Source: Microcoleus sp.
GTDB taxonomy: Bacteria > Cyanobacteriota > Cyanobacteriia > Cyanobacteriales > Microcoleaceae
Assembly (NCBI GenBank): GCA_052279835.1
Contig: CP181291.1
Location: 5,600,001-5,664,000, forward strand
Length of the DNA: 64,000 bases
Direction of reading: 5' to 3'
Under the pieces are notes generated by a model that was not told the origin of the DNA, did no database searches, and saw nothing but the letters and a program-made list of their open reading frames with translations. Both the position numbers and the translations under genes were made by a program. Below, piece by piece: positions 10,496 to 20,214 of the stretch (the stretch's first letter is position 1; each line of letters begins with the position of its first letter).

Positions 10496-10538
10496 TGTAT
10501 CGCAACATACAACATCCCTGGGAACCCAGGATTAATAT
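10496..10538 (+). promoter_or_regulatory. NtcA-activated promoter of the urt operon
   Basis: TGTA-TCGCAACA-TACA at 10496-10511, then exactly 22 nt after TAC the -10 box TAATAT at 10533-10538. This is the canonical GTA-N8-TAC-N22-TAN3T. Confidence 0.88.
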
Positions 10539-10691
10539 AGAGCCGCGATGTGATAGGATTTTTACTCGTCTAACTTATAAAAATTTCGCCCCCAAAACCC
10601 TAGGAATAGGGAGATTAAGGGTGCAAATTGTCAAAAATCCCCGCCTTAGCGTCACCGGGAAGTGTCAAATATTCAGGAGTAACCAAAAAAA

Positions 10692-12014
10692 ATGACTAAG
10701 CGATTCGATCGGCGGAAGTTTCTTTTATACAGTTCTGCAACCCTCACATCCAGTTTATTTCTAAAAGCTTGTAGAACACCAAGCCCAACAGCAACTCCCC
10801 AAGCTTCAGCTTCTCCCACTACCACACCCGGTTCGCCAGCCAGCAGCGGCAACACCATCAAAGTAGGTATTTTGCACTCATTAAGCGGCACGATGTCAAT
10901 TAGTGAAAATAGTGTGGTCGATGCTGAAAAATTAGCAATTGAAGAAATAAATAAAGCTGGTGGCGTTCTCGGAAAACAAATAGAAGCAGTAGTAGAAGAC
11001 GGCAATTCAGACTGGCCAACTTTTGCAGAAAAAGCCAAAAAATTGATCGACCAAGACAAAGTTGTCACTGTCTTCGGCTGCTGGACTTCCGCCAGTCGCA
11101 AAGCAGTATTGCCAGTATTTGAAGAAAAAAATCATATGCTGTGGTATCCCGTACAATACGAGGGTCAAGAATGTTCCAAGAATATTTTCTATACCGGGGC
11201 AGCGCCAAACCAGCAAATCGAACCAGCAGTTGACTGGCTGCTAGAAAATAAAGGCAAAAAATTCTTTTTAGTGGGGTCCGACTACGTTTTTCCGCGCACA
11301 GCAAATACGATTATCAAAGCACAGCTAGCAGCCAAAGGTGGCGAATTAGTTGGGGAAGATTACATTCCTTTGGGTGGTACAGAAGTAACCCCAATTATTA
11401 CCAAAATCAAGGCTGCTTTACCTGACGGTGGCGTCATATTCAATTCCCTAAACGGCGACAGCAACGTGGCATTTTTCAAAGGCCTACAGGGTGCAGGTTT
11501 GGGACCGGATAAGTATCCGTCGATGTCGGTCAGTATTGCTGAAGAAGAAGTAAAGGCGATCGGTGTAGAATATCTCAAAGGTCACTATGCAGCCTGGAAT
11601 TACTTCATGACTGTCGAATCTCCCGCAAATACAAAATTTGTGGAAGCTTTCAAGGCTAAATACGGCAAAGATAGAGTAACCAATGACCCGATGGAAGCAG
11701 CTTACATCATGGTTTACCTCTGGAAGCAAGCAGTCGAAAAAGCAGGGACAGCAGACGATTTAGACAAAGTGCGGGCGGCAGCTTTGGGTCAAACTTTTGA
11801 CGCACCAGGAGGTAAAGTAACCCTGGAGACCAACCATCACCTATCGAAATTTGTGCGGTTAGGCGAAGTGAGAGAAGACGGTTTGTTTAAGATAGCTTTT
11901 GCTACCCCAGAAGCAGTGAAACCAATTCCTTGGAATCAATTTGTAGCAGAAACTAAAGGTTTTTCCTGCGATTGGTCTGACCCCGCCAAAGGAGGCAAAT
12001 TTAAAGCCACCTAA
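10692..12014 (+). CDS. urtA: Urea ABC transporter substrate-binding lipoprotein
   Basis: DRRKFL signal with LKAC lipobox; [21 protein letters not shown] and YPVQYEGQE motifs. Confidence 0.96.
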   Translation: MTKRFDRRKFLLYSSATLTSSLFLKACRTPSPTATPQASASPTTTPGSPASSGNTIKVGILHSLSGTMSISENSVVDAEKLAIEEINKAGGVLGKQIEAVVEDGNSDWPTFAEKAKKLIDQDKVVTVFGCWTSASRKAVLPVFEEKNHMLWYPVQYEGQECSKNIFYTGAAPNQQIEPAVDWLLENKGKKFFLVGSDYVFPRTANTIIKAQLAAKGGELVGEDYIPLGGTEVTPIITKIKAALPDGGVIFNSLNGDSNVAFFKGLQGAGLGPDKYPSMSVSIAEEEVKAIGVEYLKGHYAAWNYFMTVESPANTKFVEAFKAKYGKDRVTNDPMEAAYIMVYLWKQAVEKAGTADDLDKVRAAALGQTFDAPGGKVTLETNHHLSKFVRLGEVREDGLFKIAFATPEAVKPIPWNQFVAETKGFSCDWSDPAKGGKFKAT

Positions 12015-12118
12015 GTAGGGAAATCCTAGGGATAGCTTGTGAATTTTACTAATATGTAGGTTTAGTAGCTGCGAGCTATTTGATACAACTTATAGATTGA
12101 CTCTAGGCGATGCAACTT

Positions 12119-12239
12119 GGGAGCATCCCAATTTTGCAGGGGCGAAGCATGACCGCAGATAATTTATGAATTAAAAGCAGAGATTTACTCCGGTCATGCT
12201 TCGCCCCTACCGATATATTTGCAAAAAGGGGATGCTCCC
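12119..12239 (+). mobile_element. MITE family B, copy 3, between urtA and urtB
   Basis: Ends GGGAGCATCCC / GGGATGCTCCC; flanks TGCAACTT/AGCAACTT; internal GGGGCGAAGCATGACCG..CGGTCATGCTTCGCCCC inverted repeat. Confidence 0.85.
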
Positions 12240-12311
12240 AGCAACTTACTTGCGTCGCCCGATTATGTCTAACACCTATGCACAGGAAATATAGCCTTTC
12301 TCAGTTAGGTG

Positions 12312-12418
12312 GGTACTAGGTACTAGGTAATGGGTAATGTGTAATGGGGAACCCTCCCTGTCCCCCCAGGGGGGGAAAGGTATAGGGCATTACCTATTAC
12401 CTATTACCTATTACCAAT
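12312..12418. repeat. Opposed heptamer arrays (GGTAATG/GGTACTA versus TTACCTA) around a C/G-run core
   Basis: Direct inspection; core CCCTCCCTGTCCCCCCAGGGGGGG. Confidence 0.7.
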
Positions 12419-12497
12419 TCTCGATGTGAAATAGGTGACATAATTAAAGATTACCTCTAAAGCCCAAATTTTAGGTCAAAAAATAAGAGGCAAAAAA

Positions 12498-13652
12498 GTG
12501 GAGATATTAGACGGTTTATTTAACGGGATTAGCATCGGTGCTGTTTTGCTGATTGCAGCCTTGGGATTAGCCATTATTTTCGGTCTGATGGGCGTGATTA
12601 ATATGGCTCATGGCGAATTAATGATGCTGGGCGCTTACACAACTTTTGTAGTGCAAAATGTATTCAAAGGTATCGGAGGATTTGCTTTTGAAACCTATAT
12701 TTTATTTGCGATACCCTTAGCTTTTTTAGTGGCGGCACTGGTAGGATTAATTCTGGAACGCGGTGTGATTCGCTATCTGTATGGGCGGCCGCTAGAAACT
12801 TTACTAGCAACTTGGGGCGTAAGCTTAATTTTACAGCAGTTTGTCCGCAGCGTCAGCGGGGTGCTGGTAGCTGGGATAGGGGTGTTTTGTTTACTGTTTT
12901 TTGGCGGTTTGCAGGTACTAAAACGTCGCCCAGATTTCGAGAGAGTTCGTAACGGAATTATCGCGATTCTTTTGCCTCTTTCTTTGGGTATTTCTTGGGC
13001 GGTGAGTGCGTTTTTAGGTGAAACTTACAAACTGGCTGTCACTAAACCTTGGTTTGGTGCTCAAAATGTTGATGTGACAGCACCTGGATGGCTGCGGGGT
13101 GGCATACCTCTGGGCAATTTTCAGTTGCCCTATGCCCGGATTTTTATTATTGTGTTAACGGCGGTTTGTTTGGCGGGAATTTACTTATTTTTGCAAAAAT
13201 CTGTGTGGGGGCTTCGGATTCGCTCTGTTACTCAAAATCGCAGCATGAGTGCTTGTTTGGGGATTCCTACGGAGCAAGTAGACGCCCTGACTTTTGCTTT
13301 GGGTTCTGGTTTGGCTGGTGTTGCTGGCTGCGCGATTAGCTTGCTGGGTTCTGTCGGACCAAATACGGGGCAGAATTATGTGGTTGATACTTTTATGGTT
13401 GTGGTTGTGGGCGGTGTTGGTAAGATTGTGGGGACTGTGGTTGCTGCGATCGCGATCGGCACTGCAAATTACCTGATCGGTTCAGGAACCCTAGCAACAA
13501 TCTTGAGTCCTGTCAAGCCTTTAGCTGATTTCTTCACTTTTTTTGCCACTACCAGCATGGCAAAAGTAATGGTATTTGCCTTAATTATGGCTTTTCTACA
13601 AGTGCGCCCAGGAGGGATTTTTCCACAAAAAGGACGCACGGTGGAAAATTGA
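12498..13652 (+). CDS. urtB: Urea ABC transporter permease
   Basis: FGLMGVINMAHGE, LYGRPLETLLATWG, GIFPQKGR; GTG start after GAGG. Confidence 0.95.
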   Translation: MEILDGLFNGISIGAVLLIAALGLAIIFGLMGVINMAHGELMMLGAYTTFVVQNVFKGIGGFAFETYILFAIPLAFLVAALVGLILERGVIRYLYGRPLETLLATWGVSLILQQFVRSVSGVLVAGIGVFCLLFFGGLQVLKRRPDFERVRNGIIAILLPLSLGISWAVSAFLGETYKLAVTKPWFGAQNVDVTAPGWLRGGIPLGNFQLPYARIFIIVLTAVCLAGIYLFLQKSVWGLRIRSVTQNRSMSACLGIPTEQVDALTFALGSGLAGVAGCAISLLGSVGPNTGQNYVVDTFMVVVVGGVGKIVGTVVAAIAIGTANYLIGSGTLATILSPVKPLADFFTFFATTSMAKVMVFALIMAFLQVRPGGIFPQKGRTVEN

Positions 13653-13681
13653 AAATTTCCCAATCTTAAAGTTGATTAACC

Positions 13682-14824
13682 ATGAATAATTTAACTAGAA
13701 AGGTATGGCTACAAGAAGCAGTGATTGTCGGGGCGATCGCACTTATACTCATATTACTGATCCCAGGCATACTTCCCGATGTTCGCCTCAACCAATTGGG
13801 ACGATTTTTAGCCCTAGCAATTGCAGCACTCGGTATAGATTTAATCTGGGGATACACAGGTTTACTTAGTTTAGGGCATGGCGTATTTTTTGCGATCGGC
13901 GGCTACGCATTTGCCATGTACCTAAAACTGCAAATTCCCCCAACAGCCAGCAGTCAATTGCCAGAATTTATGAACCTATATGGCGTTACCGAACTGCCCT
14001 GGTTTTGGCAACCATTTTATTCCTTCCCCTTCTCAGCACTAGCAGTAATTCTCATCCCCGGCTTACTAGGCGCAATCTTAGGTTACTTAGTATTCCGAAA
14101 TCGGATTCGAGGCGTTTACTTTTCCATTCTCACCCAAGCAGCAACCATCGTATTTTTCAACTTTTTCAACGGCCAACAAAAACTGATTAACGGCACCAAC
14201 GGTTTAACAGACTTTAAAACCATATTTGGAGCCATAGTCAATGACCGAGATACCCAATATATTTTCTACCTTCTTACCATACTATTTCTAGGAGCAACTT
14301 ACGGCCTATGTCGCTGGTTGACAACCGGGCGTTTTGGTCGGCTGCTAATCGCCATTCGCGACGACGAAGTTCGTCTCCGTTTCTCTGGGTACAATCCCAC
14401 AGGATTTAAAGTTTTAGTATTTGCAATTTCAGCAGCTATGGCAGGAATTGCCGGCGCATTATATACTGTACAAACCGGAATTATTTCTCCCAAAGCCATG
14501 GACATTGCCTTTTCAATTGAAATGGTAATTTGGGTAGCAGTAGGAGGTCGCGCCACATTATCTGGAGCCCTATTAGGCACCCTCCTAGTCAACTTTGGCA
14601 AAAGTTTCTTGAGCGAACAATTCCCCGAAGTCTGGCTGTTTTTCCAAGGTGCACTATTCTTAATAGTAGTCACCGTCCTGCCCGATGGCTTAGTCGGATG
14701 GCTCCAACAACAAGGCTTTGACCTAATCCGCAACTTATTCAAAAAACCCAGGTATGTATCTACCTACCCCAGCCTGGAACAAGACCCCGAAGTGCTCCAT
14801 GAAAAAGAAGAACTTGAACAATGA
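13682..14824 (+). CDS. urtC: Urea ABC transporter permease
   Basis: DLIWGYTGLLSLGH, RIRGVYFSILTQA and WVAVGGR motifs. Confidence 0.95.
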   Translation: MNNLTRKVWLQEAVIVGAIALILILLIPGILPDVRLNQLGRFLALAIAALGIDLIWGYTGLLSLGHGVFFAIGGYAFAMYLKLQIPPTASSQLPEFMNLYGVTELPWFWQPFYSFPFSALAVILIPGLLGAILGYLVFRNRIRGVYFSILTQAATIVFFNFFNGQQKLINGTNGLTDFKTIFGAIVNDRDTQYIFYLLTILFLGATYGLCRWLTTGRFGRLLIAIRDDEVRLRFSGYNPTGFKVLVFAISAAMAGIAGALYTVQTGIISPKAMDIAFSIEMVIWVAVGGRATLSGALLGTLLVNFGKSFLSEQFPEVWLFFQGALFLIVVTVLPDGLVGWLQQQGFDLIRNLFKKPRYVSTYPSLEQDPEVLHEKEELEQ

Positions 14825-14859
14825 TTATGGTAGAGTTTAGGCAAATTTAGAGGCAAAGT

Positions 14860-15579
14860 ATGGCAGATATTATTGACTACAAAATCTACGGCGACGACTT
14901 GCAACTAATTGAAATTGAACTTGACCCCCAAGAAGGTGTTCGGGCTGAAGCTGGAACAATGACATACATGGAAGGCGGCATCGAAATGCAAACTTCTACA
15001 GGTGGCTTATTTCAAGGATTTAAACGGATGTTTACCGGAGCGGGTTTCTTCATCACCACCTTTGTAAACAACGGTAGAAGCAAAGCGAGAGTAGCTTTTG
15101 CAGCCCCCTATCCTGGTAAAGTAATTCCCCTTGATTTAGCTAAACTAGGTGGCAAGTTTCTGTGTCAAAAAGACTCGTTTCTGTGCGCAGCCAACGGCAT
15201 TGAAATTGAGGTGGCATTTACCAAACGACTCGGAGCCGGTTTCTTTGGCGGAGAAGGCTTTATTTTACAAAAATTGCAGGGTGACGGCCTCGCTTTTGTC
15301 CACGCCGGAGGAACCATTGTTGAGAAAAATTTGGGAGTGGGCGAAGTGTTGCGAATAGACACTGGTTGTTTAGTAGCTTTTGCCCCCACAGTGGACTACG
15401 ACATTCAATTTATCGGTGGGTTTAAAAATGCTTTATTTGGAGGTGAAGGCTTGTTTTTGGCTAAGATGACTGGACCTGGTAAAGTGTACATTCAAAGTCT
15501 GCCACTCTCCAAGTTAGCTGAGCGTATTCTGGCGGCGGCTCCTAGTCCTATTTCGAGCAGTTCTAGCAATTTTACTTGA
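14860..15579 (+). CDS. TIGR00266 / AIM24 family protein
   Basis: [52 protein letters not shown]. Confidence 0.92.
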   Translation: MADIIDYKIYGDDLQLIEIELDPQEGVRAEAGTMTYMEGGIEMQTSTGGLFQGFKRMFTGAGFFITTFVNNGRSKARVAFAAPYPGKVIPLDLAKLGGKFLCQKDSFLCAANGIEIEVAFTKRLGAGFFGGEGFILQKLQGDGLAFVHAGGTIVEKNLGVGEVLRIDTGCLVAFAPTVDYDIQFIGGFKNALFGGEGLFLAKMTGPGKVYIQSLPLSKLAERILAAAPSPISSSSSNFT

Positions 15580-15607
15580 AAGAACAAGAACTTTTTATTG
15601 GGTGAGC

Positions 15608-15745
15608 TAGGGTGCGTCATCCCGCAGATTTTCCGGCTTACTCAGAGACGGTTAAGTGACGCACATTCTCAGAGAAAATTGGCGCTCTGTAAGTAATTCC
15701 GCAGATTTTCCGGCTTGCTAGAGACTGTTAACTAACGCATCCTAC
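15608..15745. repeat. Partly duplicated GTAG-type REP doublet
   Basis: TAGGGTGCGTCA..TGACGCAC and ..TAACGCATCCTAC; CCGCAGATTTTCCGGCTT occurs twice. Confidence 0.6.
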
Positions 15746-15759
15746 GAGGAAAATATACG

Positions 15760-16506
15760 ATGAATGGAAAAGTATTAGAAATCGAAAAATTGACGGTTAG
15801 TTTTGATGGCTTCAAGGCAATTAACGGTTTAACTTTTAGCATGGATGCGGGGGAATTACGGGTAGTAATTGGGCCCAATGGCGCGGGAAAAACCACTTTT
15901 CTAGACGCGATTACCGGGAAGGTGCAGCCCACGGAAGGACGGGTACTGTTTAAAGGTCGGAATTTGCGTGGCTTGTCAGAAGATAGCATTTCACGTTTAG
16001 GAATTGGTCGCAAGTTTCAGACACCGCGAGTGTTCCTGAATTTAACACCTCGCGAAAATTTAGAGTTGTCTTGTAACAGTAATAAAAATGTCTTTCCCAC
16101 GCTGTTCAAGCCAGCCCCTGTCGCGGAAAAACGCACGGTGGCTGGTTTGTTAGAAACTATTGGTTTAGTGAACAAAGCGGATCTTTCGGCTGGTTTGCTT
16201 TCTCATGGCGAAAAGCAGTGGTTAGAAATTGGAATGTTGGTAGCGCAATCTCCTGACTTGTTGTTGGTAGATGAACCTGTGGCGGGTTTGACTGATGAGG
16301 AAACAGCATTAACGGGAGATTTGCTAATTTCTCTGGCCCAAAGTCACTCCGTTTTAGTGATTGAACATGATATGGAGTTTGTGCGGCAAATTGCTCAAAA
16401 GGTAACGGTGCTGCATCAGGGCGCAGTTTTGTGTGAAGGAACTATGGATGAGGTGCAAAATGACGATCGCGTAATAGAGGTATATTTGGGCAAACCAGAA
16501 GAATAG
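15760..16506 (+). CDS. urtD: Urea ABC transporter ATP-binding protein
   Basis: GPNGAGKTT, LSHGEKQWLEIGM, LLVDEP, IEHDM. Confidence 0.95.
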   Translation: MNGKVLEIEKLTVSFDGFKAINGLTFSMDAGELRVVIGPNGAGKTTFLDAITGKVQPTEGRVLFKGRNLRGLSEDSISRLGIGRKFQTPRVFLNLTPRENLELSCNSNKNVFPTLFKPAPVAEKRTVAGLLETIGLVNKADLSAGLLSHGEKQWLEIGMLVAQSPDLLLVDEPVAGLTDEETALTGDLLISLAQSHSVLVIEHDMEFVRQIAQKVTVLHQGAVLCEGTMDEVQNDDRVIEVYLGKPEE

Positions 16507-16696
16507 TCATATCAAATCCTCTCTTCTCTTCCTTCGCGCCCTTTGCGCCTTCGCGGTTAAATCATTCCAATACAACAGGAATTGATATCATATCAAATTC
16601 GGTAGCATCGTCCTGTATTAAACACTCTCTTCTCTTCCTTCGCGCCCTTTGCGCCTTCGCGGTTAAATCATTCCAATACAACAGGAATTGATATCA
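16507..16696. mobile_element. Tandem pair of MITE-like family C (TCATATCAAAT..ATTGATATCA ends), first copy internally deleted
   Basis: About 70 bp exactly repeated (16520-16590 and 16626-16696). Related copy at about 38520-38659 and a right-end fragment at 50864-50894. Confidence 0.7.
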
Positions 16697-16739
16697 GTTG
16701 TCAGTAGCAGCTAACAAATCACAAATAACAAATAACCCT

Positions 16740-17438
16740 ATGCTACAAGTTTCTAATTTAAATGTTTACTATGGTGAAAGTCACATCCTCCGCGATGTCG
16801 ATTTAAGCGTCAAACCTGGGCAAATGGTTTGCTTAATCGGTCGTAATGGTGTGGGCAAAACTACCATGCTAAAAACTTTAATGGGTTTGCTGCAACCTCG
16901 CAGTGGCACTATTAATTTTGGAGGCCAATCTATTGTTTCTAAGTTGACTCACCAGCGGGCGAAAATGGGTATTGGTTATGTACCTCAAGGACGAGAAATT
17001 ATTCCCCGCTTAACTGTCAAGGAAAATCTCTTGTTAGGTTTGGAAGCAAAATCCACTAGGACTAAAAATCCTGAAGTTCCTGATGAAATATTTGATTTAT
17101 TTCCGGTGCTCAAAACTATGCTCGATCGCCTAGGTGGTGATTTGAGTGGAGGACAGCAGCAACAATTGGCGATTGCGAGAGCTTTGATGGGAGAGCCACA
17201 GTTGCTGGTTTTAGATGAACCAACAGAAGGAATTCAACCATCTATTATTTTAGACATAGAAGCTGCGGTACGTCGCGTGGTGGCGGCTAGGGGCATTTCA
17301 GTTTTGCTGGTGGAACAGCATTTGCATTTTGTGAGGCAAGCTGACTGGTATTATGCAATGCAAAAAGGTGGTATTGTGGCATCGGGAAACACTAGCGAAC
17401 TTAGCGATGAAGTAGTTCAAAGGTTTTTGGCTGTTTGA
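16740..17438 (+). CDS. urtE: Urea ABC transporter ATP-binding protein
   Basis: GRNGVGKTT, YVPQGR, LSGGQQQQLAIARAL, LDEPTEGIQPS. ATG at 16740 preferred. Confidence 0.95.
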   Translation: MLQVSNLNVYYGESHILRDVDLSVKPGQMVCLIGRNGVGKTTMLKTLMGLLQPRSGTINFGGQSIVSKLTHQRAKMGIGYVPQGREIIPRLTVKENLLLGLEAKSTRTKNPEVPDEIFDLFPVLKTMLDRLGGDLSGGQQQQLAIARALMGEPQLLVLDEPTEGIQPSIILDIEAAVRRVVAARGISVLLVEQHLHFVRQADWYYAMQKGGIVASGNTSELSDEVVQRFLAV

Positions 17439-17500
17439 GTTTCACAAGTCTGGGCCGGCGCGATCGGGCACGGCCTCTAGCGTGAATGAAACCGCCAAGC

Positions 17501-18676
17501 CTACCAAGGACTGACTTGCACGCTGCTACCCGGTACAAAAACTACCCGGAAATCAGCTAGGGGTTCAGCAGGTGGCCTGGTGCCGACAGGCTTGTAAAGC
17601 AACTCAGAAAATAACGCTTCGCCCATTCCATCGACTGTTGGAGAATTCTGTAATTTGTAACCGACAATCGCACCGTCGGTAGCCACACTCACCCGATAAA
17701 CCAACTCCCGTTCCACAGGTGCCTTAGTTTTCAAAACTCCGTCAATTTGGTCTCTCAGTTTGCCATTCAACAGCTCAATTTTTGCCGGATCGGTAATCGG
17801 AACTCCCACCGCCACCTCCTGCAAACCTTCGGCAACAGGTGTGGGACTAACGGATGGCGAAGCATTAGCAATAGAAATGGGACTGGAAGTTGGGCTTGAT
17901 GTTTCACCCGGAGTTTGACTCGGAGTAGATGCCGGCGATATAGCTGACTGAGTGCGATCGTCTGGTAGCAAACCCTCTGCTGCGGGCGTAGGATTGGGAT
18001 TGGGTGTCCCCGCACCCGGATTCGGCGTGCCGATATTCTGGCCCGTAGCATTGGATTGACGCACCGGCTCTCTGGGGCGTTGGACTTCTGGCAGTGGTAC
18101 CAAGAAAAATGCCATCGCAGCCAAAGCCAAACTCGACACCCCCACCGCCGCCGGTAACACCCGCTGCGCTACCGGTTCTGCTGATTTGATATAGCGCTTG
18201 GAAACAGGGGTTAATTGCAGCGATAACTCTGGCAGAGTCTGGGTGTCAGCAAAAAATTGGTCGATCGCTTCTACCAAATCAAATAGCTGCACCGTGGTTA
18301 AATCGATTTCAGCAGAGGGTTGTGTTTTTCGATCGATTTGGGTTCCGCTCTCGGATGTCCCAGCTAGAATGGTCAATCTGTGCAAATTCCCGTCAATTCT
18401 GTGTAATTGCACCAGGGCTGAATCAGGGTCATAGCGATCGGGATAATGGACTCCGCTCATAAATTCTTGAGCGTAGCCGCTGACAACCCTCACCAAGCTT
18501 TCAAAAAAATCCCGTCCCCCCGTTAGGGGCTCGGTGAGACCGCTCAAATAGCATTCAGCACTCATTAGTATCGAAAGCACCGGCCGTATTTCTAACTGGC
18601 TTGCCACGGAGCCATCGCTCAACCCTTCTAGAACTAGGGTGCAATTTGGCAAACTGTACTGACGCCTAATAGTCAT
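17501..18676 (-). CDS. DUF4335-domain protein
   Basis: RQYSLPNCTLVLEG N-terminus, QLFDLVEAIDQF, a TM segment and a P/S/T-rich linker; coupled to DUF3038. Confidence 0.8.
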   Translation of the reverse strand: MTIRRQYSLPNCTLVLEGLSDGSVASQLEIRPVLSILMSAECYLSGLTEPLTGGRDFFESLVRVVSGYAQEFMSGVHYPDRYDPDSALVQLHRIDGNLHRLTILAGTSESGTQIDRKTQPSAEIDLTTVQLFDLVEAIDQFFADTQTLPELSLQLTPVSKRYIKSAEPVAQRVLPAAVGVSSLALAAMAFFLVPLPEVQRPREPVRQSNATGQNIGTPNPGAGTPNPNPTPAAEGLLPDDRTQSAISPASTPSQTPGETSSPTSSPISIANASPSVSPTPVAEGLQEVAVGVPITDPAKIELLNGKLRDQIDGVLKTKAPVERELVYRVSVATDGAIVGYKLQNSPTVDGMGEALFSELLYKPVGTRPPAEPLADFRVVFVPGSSVQVSPW

Positions 18677-19353
18677 TACTCAACTTCTCCATCAAACAGA
18701 CTCACCCAAAACCTCTGCATTCCGGCTGTACCAGTACAAAATAGCAGTTTGCTCAACAAGTTCAAAGCTAGTTCGTCCAGCTTCTCGTCGGAGTCGTAAG
18801 CTGCCACTAGCGATCGCTTGGGGTTCATGCGCGATCGAAAGTGAGCTCGAAACCGTTCTAAATACTCCGCCAACGGTAAGTGCTGGTTAAATGGGAGATT
18901 TCTGGAGCGTAACTGTTGGGAGTCTAGCAGCAACTGGCGAATTGTCGCTGTTAGCTTGCGCGCCAAATTGCAGGCGATCGCCACCAGCGCTTTTGCCTCC
19001 AGCGCCGTGAGGGGGCGGCGTTGAGTATAGCGACGCAGGGGGTTAGTATTACGCAGCAGCCACAGGGCAACCCGATTTTTGATAATTCCTGCCAATTCCA
19101 GTTCTTTTGAGACTGCCAGCATTTCTTCCGCACCTCCGAGATACAAGGCTTCGATCGCCAATAACATCAGGTCAATTTGCAATCTGGCGCGGCGTGGACA
19201 TCCGCCATCGGAGGGCGACAAATCTGGCAAACTGTCTAAAATCAAGGGGTTTGACTCGGCAAGCGAAGTTTCTGACGGCATTACGATCACGGCAACATCT
19301 ATTCCAAACAAACTATACGGGGACGCGGGGTCTCTGGCATGAGAAATTCTCAA
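18676..19353 (-). CDS. DUF3038-domain protein (start uncertain, possibly 19281)
   Basis: IDLMLLAIEAL, NRVALWLLRNTNPLRR, YLERF, LLFCTGTAGMQRFWVSLFDG. Confidence 0.82.
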   Translation of the reverse strand: MRISHARDPASPYSLFGIDVAVIVMPSETSLAESNPLILDSLPDLSPSDGGCPRRARLQIDLMLLAIEALYLGGAEEMLAVSKELELAGIIKNRVALWLLRNTNPLRRYTQRRPLTALEAKALVAIACNLARKLTATIRQLLLDSQQLRSRNLPFNQHLPLAEYLERFRAHFRSRMNPKRSLVAAYDSDEKLDELALNLLSKLLFCTGTAGMQRFWVSLFDGEVE

Positions 19354-19486
19354 CTCAGGACTCCTATGAGATACTTTATTTTTATCAATGTTTTCAATCT
19401 AGCAGCAACTGGTCACGGCGATCGACTCCCAGACTTCCATGCTCCCAGGATTACGGACTAGGAAAATGGGGCTACAGGCGCTCAAA

Positions 19487-19999
19487 TCAATGTCCTTGTT
19501 CTTGTTGCTGCTCTTGTTTCTTCACCCTTTGGGCAATAAAATCAGTAGCCACTGCATTTTCAACCAGACTAATTTTTCCTTTCAGGCTTTCTCCCTCCAC
19601 AACTCCTCGCAGTTTCACCAGACTCTTTTGACTACCGTCGCCTGTGGACTTGCCACAACCTGTTAAATTGGGAACCGCACCGGACAAACTCAATCCTTGA
19701 TTTTCCCACTTGCCAGCTAGAGTTGGTTTCTCAGGATTAGTTTTTTGGCGATCGACAGAATTGTTATTTGACTTCAAATTACCACTTAGATAAACACCAG
19801 ATTGCTCAATTGTCAATACCAAATCATCTGATTTGAGACATTTGGGCAAATTTTTAGCATCAAAGCGATAACTTCCGGCAATAGCAGGAGCAGCTTTCAA
19901 ATTAGTTTCTCCGTAGGCAGTTACTACTTTAAACAACAATGCAACTGAGCCGATGGTAATGCCGTAAAATGCCAAGGACTTGAGGTTAAAAACACTCAT
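19487..19999 (-). CDS. Hypothetical membrane-anchored protein downstream of the antiporter
   Basis: 170-aa ORF with an N-terminal TM ([21 protein letters not shown]), LTIEQSG and two Cys. Confidence 0.75.
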   Translation of the reverse strand: MSVFNLKSLAFYGITIGSVALLFKVVTAYGETNLKAAPAIAGSYRFDAKNLPKCLKSDDLVLTIEQSGVYLSGNLKSNNNSVDRQKTNPEKPTLAGKWENQGLSLSGAVPNLTGCGKSTGDGSQKSLVKLRGVVEGESLKGKISLVENAVATDFIAQRVKKQEQQQEQGH

Positions 20000-20005
20000 A
20001 ATTTT

Positions 20006-20127
20006 AGGAATTGGGAATTGGGAATTGGGAATTGGGAATTGGGAATTGGGAATTGGGAATTGGGAATGGGGAATTGGGAATTGGGAATTGGGAATTGGGA
20101 ATTGGAATTAACACAAATAACCAATAA
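20006..20127. repeat. STRR array (GGGAATT)x~14 plus AATAACC units
   Basis: Direct inspection. Confidence 0.95.
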
Positions 20128-20214
20128 CCCTTCGACCCTTCGACTACGCTCAGGGCGACGCTTCGCGGTTCAGTCAGCGGAGTCGAAGGGCAGGGCGACG
20201 CCAATAACAACTAA

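Noticed and set aside
10429..10500. Integrative element at either tRNA
   Set aside because: No integrase and no duplicated tRNA 3' end were found in the window.
10280..10695. Small ORFs around tRNA-Ala
   Set aside because: They overlap the tRNA and the NtcA promoter and show no coding signal.
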